This document shows, piece by piece, positions 58,839-64,000 of a stretch of 64,000 nt of DNA. Position 1 is the first letter of the stretch; each line of letters opens with the position of its first letter. A model generated the notes under the pieces. The model was not told the origin of the DNA. It made no database searches and saw only the letters and a list, made by a program, of their open reading frames with translations. The position numbers were made by a program, and so were the translations under genes. This stretch comes from an uncultured Fodinibius sp. (lineage in GTDB: Bacteria; Bacteroidota; Rhodothermia; Balneolales; Balneolaceae): assembly GCA_913057775.1 (NCBI GenBank), contig CAJXOG010000010.1:40523-104522 (forward strand), in the 5' to 3' direction.

Positions 58839-59639
58839 TTAGAACGAATAAGATGGAAATAACTTGAATATTAAGGCTTCTTTCTCTTTAATCAAGTCGA
58901 TATTATCCTGCGAATAGTATTTCCTGTAAGAAAAATCATCACGGCTGGTATTTACTTTGTTATGGTCGTAGATTACCTGAAGTTTTTCTTCGGGCCATCC
59001 AAACTTTTTTAGATACTGAAAAAGATCTTCACGAAGTTTTTCTTGATAGAGGAAATCGGCATCGTAAAGATGATGATTTTCCAGTTCATCAATACTATCT
59101 ATTGAGGATAGTAACTCTAAATAATTCTTTCCGAAGAGTTTGATATAGTAAAGGCTGTAAATACCGATATCCAGCGTTATATCATTTTTTTGTTTGGTGT
59201 TTTCAAGATTGTAATTCAGCACCAAATCAAGATATTCAGAAAAGTTAAGATCAGGAAAATTGGGAAATATCTGTTTGAGCCTTTCTTCTTTTAAAACCGG
59301 ATTCCTTTTCCACCAGGCAAATTTATATTGCGACACATACCGGTCAAATGGGTTTCGTATCGTGCTTACTATAGGTTTTTGCCGATGCTTTTTTGGGATT
59401 TCGTCACACCCTTGGTGCTGTGTCTTAATTTTTTCTCCCGTGTAGGCCAGTGCTTTTGACATGTATTTTTTGGAATAGTTCGTGCGTTCCCTATCAAGGA
59501 GATAATAAAAGTAGTCTGATATTTTCTTCTCTTCGGTTTTATTAGATCTGCCATTATAGATTTTTTTTAAGCACTGGGTGACAAATGATCCGGCATTCTT
59601 GGGAAAATGAATAAAAACAAAGTCGTTTGTTAAAATCAT
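58839..59639 (-). CDS. sulfotransferase family 2-like protein
   Basis: 266 aa. FVFIHFPKNAGSFV resembles the HIPKTGGT motif and IRNPFDRYVSQY resembles the RNPxDRxxS motif of Sulfotransfer_2-type enzymes. Confidence 0.65.
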   Translation of the reverse strand: MILTNDFVFIHFPKNAGSFVTQCLKKIYNGRSNKTEEKKISDYFYYLLDRERTNYSKKYMSKALAYTGEKIKTQHQGCDEIPKKHRQKPIVSTIRNPFDRYVSQYKFAWWKRNPVLKEERLKQIFPNFPDLNFSEYLDLVLNYNLENTKQKNDITLDIGIYSLYYIKLFGKNYLELLSSIDSIDELENHHLYDADFLYQEKLREDLFQYLKKFGWPEEKLQVIYDHNKVNTSRDDFSYRKYYSQDNIDLIKEKEALIFKLFPSYSF

Positions 59640-59685
59640 TGGCAGGTAAATTGTTATAAATCTGAACCGACAAATTGGAATAAAT

Positions 59686-60606
59686 TTATTGGGTAACCGA
59701 AAGGTAGCCTTCTATAATCCATTTGCGAAATTTGATAAGCATTAAAGCCTTTGGGAGTTGAAAAGCTAGCGTGTAGGGTAGAAATAGTCCCAGCGAAATG
59801 ATCATTTTGAAAAATTCGCTGGCACTTTTGGTGAACTTATCTGCTATGGTTTTGTCTTGCAGTTGTAATGCAATACTCTGGCCTAATCCAATGGCTTGTC
59901 TTTTTATATACTCCTTGGTAAGCCGCTGCTTATCAACCCGATGATACAGAGTTGCCTTGGGTACGTAATATATATCAGTGTTTGCTTTTTTCAGGCGTTG
60001 GAAAAATTCTTTTTCTTCGCTGGCTTTTAATTGGTTTCCCTTTCGGCCAAGCTCCGTATCAAAAAAACCGTACTGATCAAAAATGGAACGCTTAAATGCC
60101 ATATTTCCGCCAAAGGGATATTTCTGTTGGTTGTATTTTTTGATCGAATTTCCCAAATCGTGGTGTCCCAGTAAGGGTAGCAGAAAGTGAGACATCCAAT
60201 CGGGACGCGGATCATCAAATTGAACCTCAATTTTTCCTCCGGCACATTTTGCATTGGGATGGGTATCAAAGAAATAAAGCCAGCTATTAATAAAGTCAAT
60301 ATCGGTTGAGATGTCATCATCGAGAAAAGTGATGATCGGATTTTTAGCCTCTTTGATGCCCCGGTTACGCGCAAATGAAAGCCCCTGCTTCGGTTCTTTT
60401 ATGTATTGGATCTGGTGGTTGGGATAGTTATCAATAAAGTTGCGAACAATAGTCGGCGTTTTATCTGTTGAATTATTGTCAACAATCAAAAGTTCAAAAC
60501 GATTGGGATCGGCTTCATTTTTGAGCAGAGAATGAAGGGTGTCCTGTAGATATTGTGCCCGGTTATAGGTACATATCACAAAAGAAATGCCGGACGTTTT
60601 TGCCAT
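59686..60606 (-). CDS. glycosyltransferase family 2 with C-terminal membrane anchor
   Basis: The start was chosen at MAKTSGISFVICTYNR (60606), which is 4 nt after the YfhO-like stop. It has LLIVDNNSTDKT, the DxD motif FLDDDI and a hydrophobic C-terminal helix (MIISLGLFLPYTLAF). Confidence 0.8.
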   Translation of the reverse strand: MAKTSGISFVICTYNRAQYLQDTLHSLLKNEADPNRFELLIVDNNSTDKTPTIVRNFIDNYPNHQIQYIKEPKQGLSFARNRGIKEAKNPIITFLDDDISTDIDFINSWLYFFDTHPNAKCAGGKIEVQFDDPRPDWMSHFLLPLLGHHDLGNSIKKYNQQKYPFGGNMAFKRSIFDQYGFFDTELGRKGNQLKASEEKEFFQRLKKANTDIYYVPKATLYHRVDKQRLTKEYIKRQAIGLGQSIALQLQDKTIADKFTKSASEFFKMIISLGLFLPYTLAFQLPKALMLIKFRKWIIEGYLSVTQ

Positions 60607-60610
60607 GATT

Positions 60611-63100
60611 TTAAGCTTGACCCTTTTTCCTAAAGGATTTGACAACAACCGCAATCCCCAGAATGTATATTACAATATGCCCCGCCCAGGCAATGCGTGC
60701 GCCCCAGATATTTGATGTGGGTTCGAATATTAATCTCACAGTATGTTCACCGGCCGGAACCTCCAATCCGCGCAGCACAAAATTTGTCTTGTATATATTA
60801 GCCGGTTCCTCGTCAATGGTCGCCTTCCATCCAACGGGATAGTATATTTCGCTTAATACCAAAAATTGGTTTTTTTCGGATGAAGTGTTGAGCGTAATTT
60901 CGTTCGGTTTATAACTTTCGATAGTAACCTGAGCTGTAGTATCAACGGATGAGCTGACCGTATCCTCTGTTTCTACAATAGCTGATATGGAGGGATTAAA
61001 GTCAGCGGAAGGTTTCATCCGATTAACAGCCTGTTGAGGAGAATCAACGGTAACAACAGTATCCACAAAAAAGGCTTTTGGAAGCACATCATCGTTGCGG
61101 TATACCCGTTGGTTATTTTGACTGAATACCTCTGTATATCCCCCGAAAGGAAGTTGCTGCTGGATAGTGAGATACTTTGTATTCAGCATGTCCAAGACAG
61201 CGTGATTAAATCCGGTTTGATTGTCCATTAATAAATGGTCGATAAGATCCTGATAATGGGCCAGCTTTGCCCCCGAATATCCGCCAATGGTTGGATAAAA
61301 ATATGAGGGAATAGCATTGTTAAATGGGTTGCGATTTAAAGCAAAGGTGCGATAGGGATAACCCTCACTGGAATTAATATTTTGCATGACATATTTGTCG
61401 GCGGGTGTTTGCTGCCGTTGGATCATTTGCTCAGCTTCAAGTGTATCCGAAGCCATCTGATCTTCGTTAACATAGCGGCTGTCAACGCTGAGCATATCGT
61501 AGGCGGTAAGAGCCAGCAAGCCAATAAGCAGGTATCCTTTGCTTACCTTTCGTTTTACAAATCCAACAATAAGTCCACTGGCAAGTAACGCTAAAATAAG
61601 ATAACGGGTAGAATCACTGCTGGCCATCTCTTTGCGATCGGGTTTTAATCGCGTGTTAATAAAGTTTTGTACCCGCTGCTGTACTTGTGGATTATCAGGC
61701 GATACATTGTTCTGTTGGGCTACTTGTTGAGCATATTGCTGGAATTCGCCCGGCTTTTCAAAAGAGAGCAAGGTGTTGCTGCCGAAGGCGAAAATCACGC
61801 CAAGTCCAATAGCGAGACCCAGCGGTGTATATAATTCTTTTATAGATCTCTGTTTATCTTGGGCTATATCAAACAGAGCCTCAATGCCATATACGGCTAA
61901 CACCGCGAAGCAGAAAACTGTTGCAATGAGCCAGGTTTCGGGGACGCGGAATTTGTCAAAGTAGGGGATATAGTTGAATGCAAATTCATTAAACGCCGGC
62001 AAGTTGTGGCCAAGTGAAAATAGAAGGGTCAGCGAGCCCACGCCAAAGAAAAGGTACTTTATTTTCTTGCGATAGGCGAATAGTCCTACTAAAGCTAGAA
62101 TAAAAGCGATGGCCCCAAAATAGTGCGGACCGCTGGTAAACGATTTTGGTCCCCAGTAGGCTTCGCTGGATGATCCGCCGTATAGTCCCGGAATTATAAG
62201 GGTCAACAATTCTCCAACTCCTTGTGACCAGCTAAAGGCGTATTCTAATGTTAGTCCGCCACTGCTACCTGAAGATGCAAGCGTAGAGCCGCCCCGAGTA
62301 CTGTATTGAGAATATTCGTAAAGTCGCCAGTATAAATCGATGCTGCAGATGATTCCCAGAACGCCAGCTCCAAAGGCGATACCAGTGCGTTGTGCCCAAT
62401 CCCATAGTTCATCTTTCTTGTAAGCCAGCCAACTGTCGTACATCCACCAAAAGCCCAGCAAGTACAAAAAATAATAGGTTATCTGGGGATGGTTGGCCCG
62501 GAGCTGTAGCGTAACCGCCAGAGCAAAAGTAAAAAAAGCCAGCAGTTTTTTCTGTGATCGGGAGATCAGATAATAGCCCACGAACATCCAAGGGACAAAC
62601 GCAAAGGCCATAAACTTGGCATAATGACCGGCCTCGATAACGATGGGCAGATAGGTTGTAAATCCAATGAGAATAGCCCCAATGGTGGCCGAAAACGGGC
62701 GAATCTTCTGGACGACAAAAAAGACGTAGGCACCACTCAATAGTATCCAAAAGAATGCCAGGGGATGGGCTTGTCCGCCAATCCATTTGAAGAAAGAATC
62801 GATGCTGAGTGGTGGAGGAGGATTATGAATGACGGTTGACGGCATTCCCGAAAACATATTGGATGCCCATAGGGGGTGCTCATCGTAAGTGTCGACATGT
62901 TCTATTACAGACTCTGCACCGGCTCGCCACTGCAGAACATCGTTGCCCAGAAATTGCTTGCCGCCAAAAAATATGGCTGAATATAACAAGAGCGGCAGGA
63001 TAAAAAGCACAGCCAGCGAAATCCAATGTTTCTTGTTGGCTGATAGCTTTGAAATAAAATCTTCCTTTAAGGAATGGGTTTGCTCTTTCTTAGAACTCAA
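60611..63100 (-). CDS. YfhO family polytopic membrane protein (putative extracytoplasmic glycosyltransferase)
   Basis: 829 aa with a TTG start. The N-terminal block (GNDVLQWRAGAESVIEHV...HPLWASNMFSGMP) and the many TM helices followed by a large C-terminal soluble region and a final TM match the YfhO-type architecture as I remember it. Confidence 0.65.
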   Translation of the reverse strand: MSSKKEQTHSLKEDFISKLSANKKHWISLAVLFILPLLLYSAIFFGGKQFLGNDVLQWRAGAESVIEHVDTYDEHPLWASNMFSGMPSTVIHNPPPPLSIDSFFKWIGGQAHPLAFFWILLSGAYVFFVVQKIRPFSATIGAILIGFTTYLPIVIEAGHYAKFMAFAFVPWMFVGYYLISRSQKKLLAFFTFALAVTLQLRANHPQITYYFLYLLGFWWMYDSWLAYKKDELWDWAQRTGIAFGAGVLGIICSIDLYWRLYEYSQYSTRGGSTLASSGSSGGLTLEYAFSWSQGVGELLTLIIPGLYGGSSSEAYWGPKSFTSGPHYFGAIAFILALVGLFAYRKKIKYLFFGVGSLTLLFSLGHNLPAFNEFAFNYIPYFDKFRVPETWLIATVFCFAVLAVYGIEALFDIAQDKQRSIKELYTPLGLAIGLGVIFAFGSNTLLSFEKPGEFQQYAQQVAQQNNVSPDNPQVQQRVQNFINTRLKPDRKEMASSDSTRYLILALLASGLIVGFVKRKVSKGYLLIGLLALTAYDMLSVDSRYVNEDQMASDTLEAEQMIQRQQTPADKYVMQNINSSEGYPYRTFALNRNPFNNAIPSYFYPTIGGYSGAKLAHYQDLIDHLLMDNQTGFNHAVLDMLNTKYLTIQQQLPFGGYTEVFSQNNQRVYRNDDVLPKAFFVDTVVTVDSPQQAVNRMKPSADFNPSISAIVETEDTVSSSVDTTAQVTIESYKPNEITLNTSSEKNQFLVLSEIYYPVGWKATIDEEPANIYKTNFVLRGLEVPAGEHTVRLIFEPTSNIWGARIAWAGHIVIYILGIAVVVKSFRKKGQA

Positions 63101-63120
63101 GGCAATGGATTTAATGCAAT

Positions 63121-63154
63121 TTAAAAATATGTCATCCTGAACTTGTTTCAGGAT
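63121..63154 (-). terminator. probable terminator of gatC
   Basis: The minus strand reads ATCCTGAA-acaag-TTCAGGAT (8-bp perfect stem) followed by GACATATTTTTAA. It lies 65 nt downstream of the gatC stop. Confidence 0.5.
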
Positions 63155-63218
63155 CTAAGTTTTAGAGTATATTCAGATGCTGATCATAAATACTCGGGAC
63201 AGCATGACATGGTTAATA

Positions 63219-63506
63219 TCACTCAATAACCCGTGGCACGCGGAAATAATCGGTGTCGGCATCGGGGGCATTTTTAAGCGCATCTTCGTGAGAAAGTGGT
63301 TCTTTTGCTTTGTCATCACGCAGCCGATATTCCAAATCGATGACGTGCTCAAGTGGTTCTACATCAGATGTGTCAAGTTCTTCGAGGGTTTTCATATGGT
63401 CGAGGATCTGATTCATATCGTTAACCAGCGACTCTGTTTCCTCTTCGCTCAGTTGTAATCGAGCCAGATCAGCAACGTAGTTTACGTCCTTTTTTGTTAC
63501 AGACAT
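63219..63506 (-). CDS. gatC: Asp-tRNA(Asn)/Glu-tRNA(Gln) amidotransferase subunit C
   Basis: 95 aa. DVNYVADLARLQLSEEETESLVNDMNQILDHMKTLEELDTSDVEP is a typical GatC sequence. Confidence 0.85.
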   Translation of the reverse strand: MSVTKKDVNYVADLARLQLSEEETESLVNDMNQILDHMKTLEELDTSDVEPLEHVIDLEYRLRDDKAKEPLSHEDALKNAPDADTDYFRVPRVIE

Positions 63507-63668
63507 GTAGTTTAGATTTTAGCAATTATAAATGGCAATTAAGTTAAGAAAACAGCAGCTAAGTTTACAATTCTTTCGAAGCCTTGTGGGAACGATATTT
63601 TATTGTCAACTGCTGTGGATAGTTACTTTAATTATTGGCATTTTACGATTTAAATGAAATAATACAGG

Positions 63669-63953
63669 ATGATAAAGAAGAAAGTTACGATTGTTAATGA
63701 TGCCGGTTTGCATGCTCGACCTGCAGCCGCATTAGTAAAATTAGCATCAAAATTTGAATCCGATTTTTACATCCATTTGTATGGATACAAAGTAAATGGG
63801 AAAAGCATTCTTGGGGTGATGACTCTTGCTGCTGAAAAAGGAGCGGAGCTTGAGTTAGAGCTCGACGGACCTGATGAGAAAGAGGCTACGGAAGCTATTA
63901 CCGAGCTGATTGATGATGGATTTGGTGAAGTTTATGAGGATGAAAATGAGTGA
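63669..63953 (+). CDS. ptsH: HPr family phosphocarrier protein
   Basis: 94 aa. The active-site sequence is GLHARPA (His15 codon 63711..63713), and the Ser46-region sequence is NGKSILGVMTLA. Confidence 0.85.
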   Translation: MIKKKVTIVNDAGLHARPAAALVKLASKFESDFYIHLYGYKVNGKSILGVMTLAAEKGAELELELDGPDEKEATEAITELIDDGFGEVYEDENE

Positions 63954-64000
63954 TCAGGTAGATCATAAAGAGATGTATATTTTTGGGGCTCCTGCATGTC
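63946..64000 (+). CDS. 5' end of a gene overlapping the ptsH stop; possibly PEP-protein phosphotransferase (EI), truncated by the window edge
   Basis: The ATG at 63946 overlaps the ptsH stop (ATGAGTGA). It reads MSDQVDHKEMYIFGAPAC, and GAPAC is reminiscent of the G(I/V)xASPG start of EI. Only 18 codons are visible. Confidence 0.3.
   Translation, partial: MSDQVDHKEMYIFGAPAC

Noticed and set aside
1-64000. Search for CRISPR arrays, tRNA/rRNA genes, transposases/integrases, prophage or toxin-antitoxin/defence operons
   Set aside because: I found no regularly spaced direct repeats, no tRNA-like T-arm/acceptor patterns in the intergenic regions, and no ORF with transposase, integrase or phage hallmarks. 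The PIN-PhoH and GxxExxY genes are single genes without partner ORFs.

Overview
This is a densely coding chromosomal window of about 50 protein genes on both strands. I saw no rRNA, tRNA, CRISPR array, transposase or integrase. The gene content suggests an FCB-group bacterium, Bacteroidota or Balneolota/Rhodothermota-like; this is inference from DUF2851, DUF3078, ECF-sigma/FecR/SusC-with-STN/SusD, a GxxExxY protein and a giant lamin-tail-domain protein with a T9SS-like C-terminus. Housekeeping genes recognised: pyrR, murI, asd, glyQS, sodC, lysC, hisS, gatC, ptsH, nhaA, an ABC-F ATPase, a TrmH-type methyltransferase, PIN-PhoH and an ALDH7-like dehydrogenase. Blocks worth a second look: (1) At 51.9-63.1 kb, ten co-directional genes form a glycan locus with four different PAPS-type sulfotransferases, a DegT aminotransferase, WbqC, two GT2 enzymes, a MOP flippase and a YfhO-type membrane protein. 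(2) At 42.0-46.5 kb, two tandem paralogous APC-superfamily permeases are each fused to a PTS-EIIA(Ntr)-like domain that keeps the phospho-acceptor His and to a TrkA-C/RCK_C domain. They sit between a CPA1 and an NhaA antiporter, and HPr plus a probable EI start lie at the window end. (3) At 25.4-37.0 kb, ECF sigma/anti-sigma/SusC/SusD is followed by three exported peptidoglycan-peptide-hydrolase-like lipoproteins and a DapB-fold dehydrogenase, with no CAZymes. (4) A 1627-aa secreted protein carries five lamin-tail/Ig-like modules. (5) A YtxH-like small gene with one in-frame TAG was missed by the ORF track. (6) A strong orphan terminator lies in the leader of the giant gene. (7) A GxxExxY cassette is flanked by 10-bp direct repeats. 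All family calls come from motif recognition by eye; no database or HMM search was run.
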